Positions 36,875-50,694 of a stretch of DNA of 64,000 nt are shown here, piece by piece. Position numbers and translations under genes: made by a program. The DNA is from Eledone cirrhosa (Eukaryota), in NCBI GenBank assembly GCA_964016885.1, contig OZ024741.1, forward strand, positions 69,254,001 to 69,318,000. The letters run 5' to 3'. Each line of letters opens with the position of its first letter. Position 1 is the stretch's first letter. The notes under the pieces were generated by a model. That model worked only from the letters and a program-made list of their open reading frames with translations. It was not told the DNA's origin and did not search any database.

Positions 36875-37302
36875 TATGGCTAAATTTTATTTCTTCAGTC
36901 ATTTATTCATTTATTTGTTCTCCTCCTTCATGCTTTATTGCATTGTTAAAGGACTGGAATGAAATATGAATTATTGTTATTGCCACTGTCATTGATGTTG
37001 TTATTGTCATCGATGTTGTTGTTGTCGTCGATGTTGTTGTTGTCGTCGATGTTGTTGTTGTCGTCGATGTTGTTGTTTTCTCTTTGTTGGAATTTTTGGG
37101 GTTTCATTATTTCCACTCACATTAGGAGATTTTCTTTTTATTCCTAATCTTGTGGAAACATCTCTTGTTCCTTCATCCTTCTCTGTCTGTTTGTCTCCCA
37201 CCCACACCTTTCTCTCTCATCCCTCTCGACCTTCTTTCACAAATTCTTTACCTTGCAGTGTCTTCTATCATTATCATCATCATCACCATTATTGCAATCT
37301 CT

Positions 37303-37351
<49 letters not shown>

Positions 37352-37859
37352 CTTCTCTTGTTCTTATCATACTTTCTGTTTTTCTATTTACTTGGCTTTA
37401 TCTGTGTTGTCTGTCTGTCTGTCGCTCTCACTCTCTCTCTCTCTATATATATATATGTGTGCTTGTGTTTGTGTCAATTTATCTTCATGTCTATCTTGAC
37501 TATTATGTTTATCCATCTTTGTAGATCTATCAATGTCTATCCATCTTTCTATACATACCTTGTTATATCCATCTTTCTATATGCATCATTTATGTGTATC
37601 TACTGTTCTATATCTGCCTTTGTCAATCCACATCTCTCTCTCTCCACATGTTTATCTCTCTCTCTAACTTTCTCTGAGTCTTGCTCACTTTCTTGGTCCT
37701 TCAACTCCTGAAGGAATAGTAAGAGCACCGCTGTGACACTACTGTGCAACAGTCATCTCCATCTGCCACAGTTTTTCACCAGGTCCCAGGTTTTTACTTA
37801 AGGATTTGCCTGTTCACTTTTTGACATTGTTTGTCCATGTCTCGTGTGAAGCACATCCT

Positions 37860-38367
37860 TCAGGTCATTGATCAGCAGTGTTTTCAGGAGCTCAGTTGAG
37901 CTGACATCATCCTCAGTGGTCAGACCACACATCCAGTTGATCATAATTATCCATTAGTTCTGAAAGTCGTCGATCAGCAGTGTTTTCAGGAGCTCAGTTG
38001 AGCTGACATCATCCTCAGTGGTCAGACCACACATCCAGTTGATCATAATTATCCATTAGTTCTGAAAGTCGTCGATCAGCAGTGTTTTCAGGAGCTCAGT
38101 TGAGCTGACATCATCCTCGGTGGTCACTCCACACATCCAGCAGATCATGATTATCCATTAGTTCTCAAGGTCGTTGATGAGCAGTGTTTTCAGGAGCTCA
38201 GTTGAGCTGACATCATCTTCAGTAATCACTTAACACATCCAGCAGATCATAATTATCCATTAGTTCTCAAGGTCGTCGATGAGCAGTGTTTTCAGGAGCT
38301 CAGTTGAGCTGACATCATCCTCGGTGATCACTCCCCACATCCAGCAGATCATGATTATCCATTAGTT
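37860..38367. repeat. 102-bp tandem repeat, 5 copies, derived from RTE coding sequence
   Basis: (C/G)AGCAGTGTTTTCAGGAGCTCAGTTGAGCTGACATCATC at 37873, 37975, 38077, 38179, 38281; minus frame MINWMCGLTTEDDVSSTELLKTLLIDD. Confidence 0.9.
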
Positions 38368-38964
38368 AGCAGTAAGCCCATGTTGTTAACCTTCTAGCCA
38401 CCATTCTACAGATCTCTTTTCACAGAATTTTCTCCTCCCCCACCCTCACATTATTTCATTCTCTCGAGAGAACAGATTGTATCGATAGAGAGTCGCTTTG
38501 CAGCATAGAATTATGCTCTGCAGCATAGAGTTATGGTCCTTTATGGTCTGAGTTCAAATCCTTCCGAGATTAACTTTGCCTTTCATCCTTACAGGTCAAT
38601 AAAATAAAGTACCAGTAACGTACTGGAGTCAATTTAATCGACTTTCCCCTCTTCCAAAATTACTGGCCTTGTGCCTATACTAGAAATCATTATTTCCTTC
38701 TCTCCCACCACACTCCCCATTAGTCAGTGGGAAGAGTTTCTGATCTCATTCAGCAATGTAATTTATTGATTATAACAGAATGGCATTGTGCTTTTAGCTC
38801 AGTGAATTAATTTTCATTCATTGTCATTATCATTTCAGCATTATTGTTGTTGTTATTGTTGTTGTTATTGTTGTTCTAGTTGCTCCGTATATTCCAAGTT
38901 GAGTCTATATTGTTTGCCAACTGTGACAAACACAGACTGATAATAAATTAAAGCATTGATGTCC

Positions 38965-39242
38965 TGCTGTATGTATGTGTGCTTGTGTGTGTGTGTTGTG
39001 CTGTGTGGGTGTGTGTTGTGGATGTGTGTGTTGTGGGTGTGTGTTATATGGTTGTGTTGTATGAGTGCGATGTGCATATATGTGTGTGTGTGTTGTATGA
39101 TTATGTGTGTGATGTGTATATATGTGTGTGTGTATGTGTGTGTTATATGATTGTGTTATGTGTATGTGATGTATATATATATATATATGTGTGTGTTATA
39201 TGATTGTGTGTGTGTGTGTTATATGATTGTGTATGTGTTGTG

Positions 39243-39273
<31 letters not shown>

Positions 39274-39290
39274 TATATGTGTATGTGATG

Positions 39291-39344
<54 letters not shown>

Positions 39345-39529
39345 AGGATTGTGTGTGTGTGTTATAGGATTGTGTGTGTGTGTGTTATAGGATTGTGTGT
39401 GTGTGTTATATGATTGTGTGTGCGTGTGTGTGTGTGTTATATGATTGTGTTGTGTGTGATGTGTGTGGCTTCCCATATCACTATACATTTTCTTTTCTGA
39501 TAAACTGCTGTGTGTATGTATTGCATTTA

Positions 39530-39594
<65 letters not shown>

Positions 39595-39976
39595 TCATGC
39601 ATACACATGCATGATGAACCATCTCTTATGCATCACTGTGATTCTATATGTGAACACAGGGAGGACTTTTGGCAATACTATGCTGTTGCTGTTTGTCATC
39701 ATTGTCAGATAAACACTGTGTGTGTGTGTGTATGAGTGCGTGTGCGTACATTGTGTGTGTGAGTATGTGTGAGTGCGTGTGTGTGTGTATGAGTGCGTGT
39801 GCGTACATTGTGTGTGTGAGTATGTGTGTGTGTGTGTGTGTGTGTGTATGAGTGCGTGTGCGTACATTGTGTGTGAGTATGTGAGAGTGCGTGTGTATGC
39901 GTGTGTGTGTGTGTGTGCACATGTATGCATGTGTGTGTATGTGAGTGCATGTGCGTACATTGTGTGTGTGTATGTG

Positions 39977-40020
<44 letters not shown>
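38965..40020. repeat. (TG)n/(TA)n compound microsatellite region
   Basis: Direct inspection. Confidence 0.9.
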
Positions 40021-41296
40021 CATGGCAGGAGTCCAAAGGTTGGTGATGTATTACTTCAATGTATTTCATGGTCATCAGACATGAATGGAAGAGGCAGGCC
40101 CTGAAGCTGTACTGATGAATACTTTCATTCATAAACATTGTAACATAAATCACCAATGAAATTGAAGCTAGAGTATGACATGAGGCAGGACATGTAATAA
40201 GAGTAAGAACAGGAGAGTTAGTAATATTATTACTAAAATTATATTATTGATGGTGATGGTGACAGTGGTAGTGGTACCTTTGGTTCTTTATTGTTGCAGA
40301 GCTCTAGTCAGTTCAGTTTTAGTATTGATTTCTTCTGACTGTACATAAGTGTCATAGAGAGATGAACTGACCCAGTGCACTAGTGGACTTATGTAGTCAT
40401 TGTTGCCATTGTTTAGCCATAGGTTAGCTCTAATTAAGCAGATCTATAATCGAAAGTGTTTCGCTCGTGACCAACCGGTTTTGTTTTGTTTTTTGTATTT
40501 TTTTCTCCTGACATAAACCAGCATTTATCTAATGTTTCTTTCCTTTTTCAAGGCAGCATAGTGTGATTTGAGGGATATTTAGCTACTATTTCTAGTAGGT
40601 CGAGCAACTGCATAAAAGCTTCTCTCTTTGGTTCATTACTGGTACCTATTTAAATATCTTACATAACATTTACATTACTCTATATATACTATTATATTTT
40701 CACAGTAAAGGCTTTATCTCAAATAATATCTATGAGATTTTGATATTATTTATTTTGAGAACAATACCTTAACATAAGTAATAGCAGCCAGTTATGGCCA
40801 GTTTGAACAGAAAGAAGTGAGAGAATTCTGGCCGGATATGACTGGTTTAAATGCTAAAGGGTTAAATATTTTATTTTAACGGCTTAGTCAGCAGATGAGT
40901 GATAGGGAGCAGATATGAAATGCTTGCAGGACCTTCAAGATTGGTTAAGAAAACATTATACAAGAGTTATTGTAGTAGGAAGTGTATCATGTTTTATTAA
41001 CCAATCTTTCCCTCATCAGGATATAAAATTAACACTATACTAACAACCTGGTCCTAATGCTTCTATCAGGGTGGACTCATCTAATGACCAGATAATGGTG
41101 TTGAACCAGGAGACAGATGAAGTCTACTATCCAATTGACAGACCTGATCTAGAAATTAGTCTAATAATTTTTGTCTTGCTATCTCACCTCTGCAGATGTG
41201 TGTGTCTACATATCATCATCACCATTTTCATAAATTATTCCATGCTTGTAAAAGTTGGATGGACATATATTTATATATACATACATATATATACAA

Positions 41297-41351
<55 letters not shown>

Positions 41352-41354
<3 letters not shown>

Positions 41355-41673
41355 TCATCATTTCATTTTACGTCCGCTTTTTCCCTGCTTGCAAGGGTGG
41401 GACGGGAACTGATTCTGGCTTGATTTCTACAGCTGGATGCCCTTCCTAACACCAACCTCATTTACAGTGAGTGCTGGGTGCTTTTTTGCCGTGGCACCTC
41501 CATGACCACTTTGCAGTGTAATGATAGGGACCTGAGTCCTATCATCTCATTTCTACACCTGAGTAAACTAGAGCAATGTGAAATAAAGTGTCTTGCTCAA
41601 GGAAACAACACATCACCCAGTCTGAGAATTGAACTCACAACCTTTCGATTGCAAGTCAATGCTCTAATCACTA
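41352..41673 (-). mobile_element. SINE family B copy (followed by a family A copy at ~41690-41890, plus)
   Basis: Reverse complement of 24608 copy lacking the extreme 5' end. Confidence 0.88.
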
Positions 41674-42450
41674 ATAGTTAGAATGTGTGTTGGCAGTATC
41701 GGTGGGGCGTCGGACAACTTGTTTTGCGGCATAGAGTTACGGCTCTGAGTTCATATCCCACTCAGGTTAGCCTTGCCTTTCATCTTTATGAGGTTGATAA
41801 AATAAAGTACCAGTAACACACTGGGGTTGATTTAATCGACTTTCCCCTTCCCCTAAATTGTTAGGCCTGTGTCTAAATCAGAGCCACTATTCGAATGTGT
41901 GTTTAAAATATCATAGTATTTAAAGCATTCAAACAGTAACTGATTGTGTACTCAATACTGGTTGGTAGAGTGTAAATTTTATTTTCTAAGTAAAAAATTG
42001 GCAGTAACTTCGAAGTTTCAGCTGCGTTAATTTTTATCTTCTAATTAACATATTAGCTAGATGAGCAGTCACCTGTTATTGTATTCTATAAAACACGTCA
42101 GACAACACAGGAAACAATTTAGTCATGATCACACAAAAGATTCTTTGTAAACTCGATTATTATTTCCGAAACTGTCCACTGCAATTTCCTCCTTTTCTCA
42201 GTATCTTGGAAAATTGTGAAAATAACAAAGCAAATCATAACACACACAAAAAAATAATACAAATAATAATAAAATAAAAGCAATCTGTACTCTTATTAAA
42301 GCCATGACTTCTTGGCTTCTTAACTCCATCTTTCTAAAATATGGTAAATTACAATTTACGAAGAGGTTGCAAGATTGTCTGCATGTGCGCACTCACATAT
42401 ACACACACACACACATACATATAAGTATACATACACATACAGACACACAT

Positions 42451-42553
<103 letters not shown>

Positions 42554-42596
42554 GTATGAAGCCAAATTTTGCTTTTAAGTGCTGAGAATATATGAT

Positions 42597-42770
42597 ATAT
42601 AAGTATAAAGAATGGGCTCAAGTGCAGAAGTGCAATAAAGATAGCTTATATAAAATAGGGTGAAGACCTTTAAAAGACAGAAAAAGAAGTTGTCTTTTAA
42701 GGATCTTCACCCTATTTCATATAAGCTATCTTTATAGCAGTTCTGCGCTTGAGCCCATTTTTATATATAA
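42597..42770. repeat. ~170 bp imperfect palindrome (MITE-like)
   Basis: AATGGGCTCAAGTGCAGAA..ATAAAGATAGCTTATAT.AAATAGGGTGAAGA.CTTTAAAAGACA versus TGTCTTTTAAG.ATCTTCACCCTATTT.ATATAAGCTATCTTTAT..TTCTGCGCTTGAGCCCATT. Confidence 0.88.
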
Positions 42771-42859
42771 ACAATGAGTTATATAGTTTGTTGATTATCA
42801 TTCAGCAAAGTTATTTTTATAACAGATTTGAAATGCTCTACACAATTTATCTGGACTAT

Positions 42860-43128
42860 TATTAATATTAAAAATATTAATAAATGGAAAATATCATTTA
42901 TAATACCATATTTATTTTATTATACGTATTTCAAGGACACAAAGTTTTTGTGTGCTTTCATCAGATAAAATATAATATAATATTTGGTGTTAAGATATTG
43001 ACATATCTTAACACCAAATATTATATTTTATCTGATGAAAGCACACAAAAACTTTGTCTTTGAAATATGTATAATAAAATAAATATGGCGTTATAAATGA
43101 TATTTTCCGTTTAATAATATTGTTAATA
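42860..43128. ncRNA. ~270 bp palindrome carrying a hammerhead ribozyme motif in each arm (42913-42972 minus; 43024-43081 plus)
   Basis: Minus arm: TATTTTAT-CTGATGA-AAGCACACAAAAACTTTGTGTCCTT-GAAA-TACGTA-TA-ATAAAATA; plus arm nearly identical; centre near 43000. Confidence 0.83.
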
Positions 43129-43320
43129 TATATATATAGTATAAAAGAGAAAACACAGGTAAGCATTAAGAGAAGGATTTTATCCAGGTATTTACGACCG
43201 TTTCATTGGTTAGTGCAACCTTATATTGCTATACTGCAAATAGCAGCCACTCAATTATAATTGTTGTTCACAGTCCATTTTTTCAAAATAGTAAGTTACT
43301 CTTGAAATAATTCTTAATAT

Positions 43321-43502
43321 TGGATTGGCAGTATCGGTAGAGGGTCGGACGCCATGCTTTCCAGCATACTTACGTCCCTTTACGATCTGAGTTCAAATCC
43401 CGCCGAGGTTGACTTTGCCTTTCATCCTTACGGGGTCGATAAAATAAAGTACCAGTAATGAACTGGGTTATTGCTGGCCTTGTGCCTAAAGTAGAAACAA
43501 AT
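43321..43502 (+). mobile_element. SINE family A, full length (also 45986-46165 plus, 56903-57065 minus, and older copies)
   Basis: TGGATTGGCAGTATCGGTAGAG..GAGTTCAAATCCCGCCGAGGTTGACTTTGCCTTTCATCCTTACGGGGTCGATAAAATAAAGTACCAG. Confidence 0.9.
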
Positions 43503-44046
43503 ATATAGAGAAAAACATTTATTTGGAATTGTATTTACTAGTATAGAGAGAGAGGAATCAGAAGGTGAGGGGACAGCCGGAATAGTATAGATAGAGAGGA
43601 AGGGGGAAGAGGTAGGAAGTAGAGTGTCAAACTGAGATGGAGGGAGGGGTAGAGGTGGAAGGATTCCTTGGTCAGTTTTGATAGACTTCATGTAGTGGAA
43701 TGTAGTGAGTTAAAGAGAATTAAATTGATCATAGTGGGAGGGATGGATAGAGAGGGAGAGAGAGAGGGGGGGGGGAGATATAAAGAGATAAATATATATA
43801 TATATATAAAAAATAAAGATAAAGATAATAATGACAAAAATAAAAGCAAAGAAGGGGGTGAGAAAGAAGAAAAGAAAAGATAGCCAAGAAGGGGAGGGAA
43901 GGAAGGAAGAAAACGAAGAAATAGAAGAGGAATGAGGGCGAAGAGGGGGATATATGTATTGGTTTTGTGGGTAATTAAAAGGGTTTAGATACAACAAGAG
44001 GGTATAAAGTCTAAGTATATGCAGTTTGTCAGTTGGTATTAAGAGG

Positions 44047-44385
44047 TTAAGGGTTCGATTTGTAGTGCGAAAACTTCTCTTTGAGTCTATGGTTACAATA
44101 AATTGATCTTTCGATTTTATTGTTGAGTAACTTATTCTTCGAACTCAAGATGTGGAACAGCTCAAGGTCGCATAATCGACAGCTTCTCATACCACTCCGA
44201 TATGGGGGTGCGTTCGATAATTTTTTCCACTTCAGGGTGTATTGATGGTTACTTTCCCTCAGTTGCCAGGTCTTGTTTGCAAGGGTAGTTACATAACGAT
44301 GCTGGGAATGTTTCATTGCGTAACGGTGTGTATACCAACAGGCTTTAAATGTATTCCCAGTCGCTCCGATGTAATACCATTTCTT
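44047..44385 (-). pseudogene. Penelope GIY-YIG endonuclease fragment, second family (3' UTR probably extends left to ~43500)
   Basis: WYYIGATGNTFK..Y.H..TTLA..W.L..W..PYRSGMRSCRLCDLE..LLN; same motif order as 31210-31580. Confidence 0.8.
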
Positions 44386-44433
44386 TCTTAACCAAAAACT
44401 GGATCACAATAAGCAATTTTTTGCTTCTCTAAC

Positions 44434-44479
<46 letters not shown>

Positions 44480-44648
44480 GTGTGTGTATCCTGGGTTCAA
44501 TCAGGGTTAATTGCAGTAGGTTACTCAATACATAAGTTCTAGTCCTGTAGAAGCCATTTCTATATTAAAGATGTGTATGCGCACACACACATACATAGAG
44601 ACACATGTACATATATATACACACACATACATACAGGCAGACACATGT

Positions 44649-44680
<32 letters not shown>

Positions 44681-44899
44681 AGACACAGACACAGACACAC
44701 ACACACACACACACACACACCATCATCATTTCATGTCTGTTTTTCCATGCTTGCATGAGTTGGACAGTTTCTTTCCAGCAGTTCAAATAATTAAGGAGAA
44801 GCTCTCTCAGAATATAGTTGTCTTAGAAGTAATATTGTTTTATCTGAGATGTATATATACTTGTCTCTATGAGGTGTTGTTATGTATGTTAACTCTGGT

Positions 44900-45490
44900 G
44901 AACAGACATAAATGATCATAAATGTTCCAGGTGTAACTCACCTCCTCTTCCTGGGTCTAATGCCAGTTGGCTTTGCCTGCAAAATCTGTCCAGTGGTTCT
45001 TTCCTTAGACATTCTAACCAGATCTCTGAAGTACCAGAGCTGTGATTACTCAATGAGGAGAAATAGCAGCTCTACCTGGAGCAACTCCTTGGTTTCCAAG
45101 CTATACCTTTATCGAGTAATGTTACTCCAGACATCCTTTGGAGGAACTCCCATTATGGCCATTTGTATTCACAATTGTATTCTTTTGGTCATTACCCAAG
45201 ATTCATGACCATAGGTAAGGTGAGGCATGAATGCACTATTGAAGATAGTGCATTAAGTTTTTATACCTACCTCCCTTCTGATGACTGAATGCTGAAGTTG
45301 GTGCTTTATGCCCCAGCTCCAGGAATTCTTACATTTTATTCAGCTTCCTGCCTTCCATCACTCATGTAAACATCCCCATCATACTTGTACTTCTCCGCCT
45401 GCTTCACATGCAAAACACACTCCACAGCTTTTCTCAAGAGGACAACTGTCTTAGTTTTTGGCAGCAAACCTATCCACTGCATCTTTATTT
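44900..45490 (-). mobile_element. Decayed RTE-like LINE fragment (related piece 57130-57410)
   Basis: Shared CTTCTG.TGACTGAATGCTGAAG.TGG..CCAGCTCC; 57102-57410 translates LKQVENFKYL..ELNAR..PTLT. Confidence 0.55.
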
Positions 45491-46793
45491 CAGGACAGAC
45501 CTGTCATTTTATATATAAATCTACAGCTGTAGTGTATCATTCCATTTCTTTTAACCCTTTAGCATTTACATTATTCTATATTTACTATTGTATTTTCATG
45601 GTAAACACTTTACCTCACATAATTATCTTACATAATATTGAATCTATGAGATTTTGATAATGTTTATTTTGAGAATACCTTAATATAAGTATGAGCAGCC
45701 AGTTATAGCTGGTTTGAACAGAAAGAGGTGAGAGAATTCTGACCAGATATGGCCGGTTTAAATTCTGAAGGGTTAAAGATGCTAGAGAGTAATTTGAGTG
45801 AAATTTGGCTGCTATTTCTTGCAGGTTGAGTGAGTGCATAGGGTCTCTCTTGTTGGCCCATGTGCATGTGTGCATATTTGTTTTGTTTTATTTGGAGCCA
45901 GTAGAAATAAATAGTTATTAGCCTCCAACTATGATATAGTCCAGTCATTGCATGCTGTCTTGTACTCATTAGAGTAAATTGTGAATTGGCAGTATCGGTA
46001 GAGGGCTGGACGCCATGCTTTCTAGCATAGTTACGTCCCTTTACAGTCTGAGTTCAAATCCCGCCGAGGTTAACTTTGCCTTTCATCCTTACGGGGGTCG
46101 ATAAAATAAAGTACCAGTAATGTACTGGGTAATTGCTGGCCTTGTGCCTAAAGTAGAAACAATTATTACATTACCCTGTAACAAATTAGTCCACAGATGT
46201 TCTCATTATTAACTGCACAAGTGCATTTTATGTACTTTAAAAAGTTGCCCAGTCCTTTGGTTCTCTTCCAACCCAGTTCAGTATAACATCCTGTGATTAT
46301 TAGGTACAACACTGAGGGAAAGTGTGCATTTGTAAATATGTATGTGTATTAGTTTAAATATGCATATATATAAATGTACTGGTGTCTACCTGTTTATGGT
46401 AGGACCAATAACATTGTTAAACTCCATATGTATATATATATATATATATATATGATGATGATGATTATATATATACATATACACATACATAATGTATGTG
46501 GTGGGTTGTGTAGTTTTTCTGTAGTACGTGCAGGTTCAAGGCAACATAAGAAGGGAAAGCCATAGGAAGTGGAGAGGGAGAAGCTAGAATGTAATAAAAT
46601 ACAATAAACGAGATAAAACTTGTTTAAAAACTTTAATATGATTTGTGGTTTATTGGTCGTTTAGGTGAAGTTAGAGGTGTATGTGTGAGATCTAAATTTA
46701 GGGTTAGGATTTGTGATAGTATTATTGTTACACCAACACATTATATATATATATATCAAAATTTAGCTACATACATACATTTATGTTCACGCA

Positions 46794-46849
<56 letters not shown>

Positions 46850-48770
46850 AAAGTTGTACACATTCATAGATATATATATATGTACTCACACTATATATTA
46901 GTGAAATACATAATTATATGTTCACATGACGTGTGTGTGTGTGAATATGTATACATTTATATATATGTATATATAGGCATATGCATTCTTAAATATATAC
47001 TGTATATATATGTATCCATACTGTGTATGTTTATGCAACACAATAAATATATGTTCAGTCAATATATATTTATATATATAATTGTTTCTATATTTATATA
47101 TATAATGTTATTCTTATACACACACACACACACACGCATATATATATATATATATATATATACATGCACACACACATATATGTATATATGTGTGTGTGTA
47201 TTTATCTACATGACATAGATGTGCACATTCATAAATATACATGCAGTCACAGTGTGTATCTTTGTGCATATATATATAGAAGTGAACTAACAATTTAAGT
47301 ATTCACTGAAGCATTCAGCCATTAAGAGATTTCAGTTCAAGATCTGCTTCTCTCTTCCCTTTACCTCATGTTTAATTTTATCCTTCTTGCACCTATATGT
47401 TTATCTGCCTTATCACTTCATTAAATCAATCCTATACACATTCACACATTTAATTGCACTCTTTCACAGACACACATATTCACACACATATTCCCATGCA
47501 TACATTCACACACACACACACACTGTCTTTCTTTTCCATGTAAATATACAAATATACTTACTGTTTCTTTCTTTCTTTTTCCCTTTCTAACATGATCATA
47601 TATGTCTTGTGTTTCTTTATTATTTCATTATTCTTATTCAAATACCCCCTCACTCTCTCTCCTTCCCCCTTTCTCCAACACATTTTCATATATGCCTATT
47701 CTTATACAAACATTTCTAAGTAAAGTAAATAAATTCTCTGCCAGTATTCCAGTCTTTCAATCAGCTCTCTCTACCTTACTCATTGAATTATAGTGTGAGT
47801 GGTTGAGTATTCCTCAGACCAGACCCTCATACCCTTAATGTATATCCTTCTGGCTGAATCTATGGAGGCACGTGGCCTAGTGGTAAGGGTGTTGTTACGA
47901 CCATAACATCGTGGGTTCGAATCCACAACTGGGTTGTGTGTTGTGTTCTTCAGCAAAACACTTTATCTCATGTTGCTCCAGTGTATTCAACTGAAAATGA
48001 GTACCAACTATAGCTGAGGGTTTAACCCTGAGATGGACTGGTGTCCTGTCCAGTGGGGGAGTCTTGTACTCTCAGTTGCTCTTAAACCGGCTGTATCCGG
48101 CCAGAATTCTCTCACCTCTTTCTGTTCAAATTGGCCGTAATTAGCCACTCAAACTGATGTTAAGGTATTGTTCTCAAAATAAATATCAAAATTTCATATT
48201 ATGGTAGATATTATGTGAGATAAAGCCTTTACCACAAAAAGACAATAGTATATATAGAGTAATGTAAATGCTAAAGGGTTAATGTAAATCTTCTGGCAGA
48301 ATCTACATGACACAGCATGCAATGAGGCCAGTCATTGGAATTGCAGATACAGTACATCTGTTGAGTTTCCATGCTGTTTACACCCAACCAATTTCACTCA
48401 CTAGGCTTGGATGAAGTCATGGTTCAAGGTTATTGTGGAAGACATTTCTCAAGGGAACAGTATAGTGGAATCAAACCTGGAGCCACATAAATAAAAATAT
48501 AACTACAAGGAACCTCCTTCCCTCCCCCCTCTCTTCAGTTATTGGATATCAGCCAGCCTTAGGCTCTGTCTTGATGGCTTTATAGGTTTAATCAATCATA
48601 AGGACCCCAGTGCTTATATTCAGATATGATGTATATTTATATTCACATCCTTATATGATCATGCATAAATATAACTTATTCATGTACATATATAAACATA
48701 TGCTCACAAATGTATGACATTACACACACATACATTCACGCATATATATATGTGTGTGTATGTGTGTGTT

Positions 48771-49680
48771 CGTATACACGCATCATATAGTCTGCCTTTC
48801 ATTTTGCAGCTAGCAGTGGCAGTAGCTCCCTGGACTTCTTCCATCCCGTTCTTACCCTAGTTATTGTACTTTCCGAACACCCACCTCCGCTTCTAATTTG
48901 GTCACCTAGGTAGCAGAAGCTGTCTACTGTTTCTACAAAGCCCTCCCAGAGTTTGGTGTATATATATATATGTATATATACACCAAACTCTGGGAGGGCT
49001 TTGTAGAAACAGCAGACTATATGATGCGTGTATACAAACAGCAATGTTACATGGTAGTGAGACCTGGGCGCTGTCGGTAGAAGACTTGTGTAGATTAGAA
49101 AGAAACAAAACCTGCATGCTCCGATGGATGTGTAATAGTAATATACGCGGCAAAGCTTAAACAAACTGAGGGTGAGACTGAGCATAATAGGAATCAAATG
49201 CTGTGTGCAGGAGAGGAGGTTGCATTGGTATGGACATGTGATGCGTATGAAGGATGACAGCTGCATAAAAAGGTGCAGAGCACTAGAAGTCGATGAAAGC
49301 CACCTGGGATGAGGTGATAAAAGCCGACCCTACCCAATTGCACCTCTCAAAGGCGATGACACACGACCGTGACCGCTGGCATCATGCAGTAATACGGAAG
49401 ACCCAACTTCCCACTGCCAAGTGGTCGTGGAGGTGCCACAGCAAAAAAGCACCCAGCCCACACTGTAAAGTGGTCATGTAAGTGCCACGAAAAAAAAGCA
49501 CCCAGCACTCGCTGTAAATGAGGTTGGTGTTAGGAAGGGCATCGAGCTGTAGAAATCAAGCCAGAATCAGTTCCCGTATGAGCAAGACAAGGTCAGCCGA
49601 CCGGACACTGCCCACAACAGGACAACCCGTCTAACCCATGCTAGTGTGGAAGAATGGACATAAAACATTGATGATGATAT
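48771..49680 (+). mobile_element. Rearranged RTE family B copy with inverted 5' segment
   Basis: 48771-48950 reads VDSFCYLGDQIRSGGGCSES..GRLYDACI on minus; 49013-49410 continues RLYDACIQTAMLHGSETW..WYGHVMR on plus, then 3' UTR and (GAT)n. Confidence 0.85.
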
Positions 49681-49783
49681 ATGTATATATATATGTATGT
49701 GTGTATATATATATGTGTGTGTGTGTATATATGTGTATGTGTGTGTGTGTATATATATGTGTATATATATATGTGTATATATA

Positions 49784-49816
<33 letters not shown>

Positions 49817-49867
49817 GTATATGTGTGTGTATATGTATATGTGTGTATATGTATATGTGTATATATA

Positions 49868-49900
<33 letters not shown>

Positions 49901-49905
49901 GTATA

Positions 49906-49938
<33 letters not shown>

Positions 49939-50003
49939 GTATATGTGTGTGTGTCTATATGTGTGTATATATATATATGTATATGTGTGTGTGTGTATGT
50001 GTG

Positions 50004-50045
<42 letters not shown>

Positions 50046-50388
50046 TATGCGTGTGTGTGTATATATATGTATGTATATGTGTGTGTGTATATGTATGTAT
50101 ATATATATATATGTATATATGTGTGTATATATATATATGCATATATATGTGTGTATATATATATATATGCATATATGTGTGTATATATATATGTGTATGT
50201 GTATATATATATGTGTATGTGTATATATATATATGTATATGTGTATATATGTGTGTGTGTGTATATATATATATATGTGTATGTATATGTGTATATATAT
50301 GTGTATGTATATGTGAGTATATGTATAAATGTCTGTATATGTGTATATATATGTGTGTATATTAGATATGTGTGTGTGTGTGTGTGTA
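49680..50388. repeat. Long (TA)n/(TG)n microsatellite
   Basis: Direct inspection. Confidence 0.95.
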
Positions 50389-50694
50389 TGGTAAACAGAA
50401 ATAACAAAGCAAATGATATAGTCCAATATATTGTAATTAAAACTCTTGTACTGAACTTCACCAATTCTGTCTGTCTGTTTAATCTGGTGCCAAGCTTATG
50501 TCTACAATATTAGTATTACATGATTAGATACAAATAGAAGCTTCATAATAATTCTAATGTGATGATGGAAGATCCTGGCTGAAGCTAATCCAACATTTCA
50601 AGAACACACATTTATCTCCACATAATATCCTACAACAACCATTTTATGGCTGTGTTCCCTGCTAAAGCTGCAGTTAACCTTGTGGACCCCTTTA

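Noticed and set aside
37860-38367. CRISPR-like regular repeat with internal palindrome
   Set aside because: Units are whole tandem copies with no unique spacers, no cas genes, eukaryotic context
41070-41200. Possible host exon (DQIMVLNQETDEVYYPIDRPDLEI)
   Set aside because: No recognisable domain, no clear donor site or partner exons; cannot be supported without RNA data
43185-43215. Minus-strand GAAA-CGGTCG-TA, a possible hammerhead 3' half for the second Penelope fragment
   Set aside because: No upstream CTGANGA box found
49567-50513. Long ORFs of 170-290 aa (Y/I/V/C/M/H/T rich), and similar ones at 6458, 23474, 29457, 39595, 46643, 50864
   Set aside because: Translations of (TA)n/(TG)n/(CA)n micro- and minisatellites; no protein-like composition
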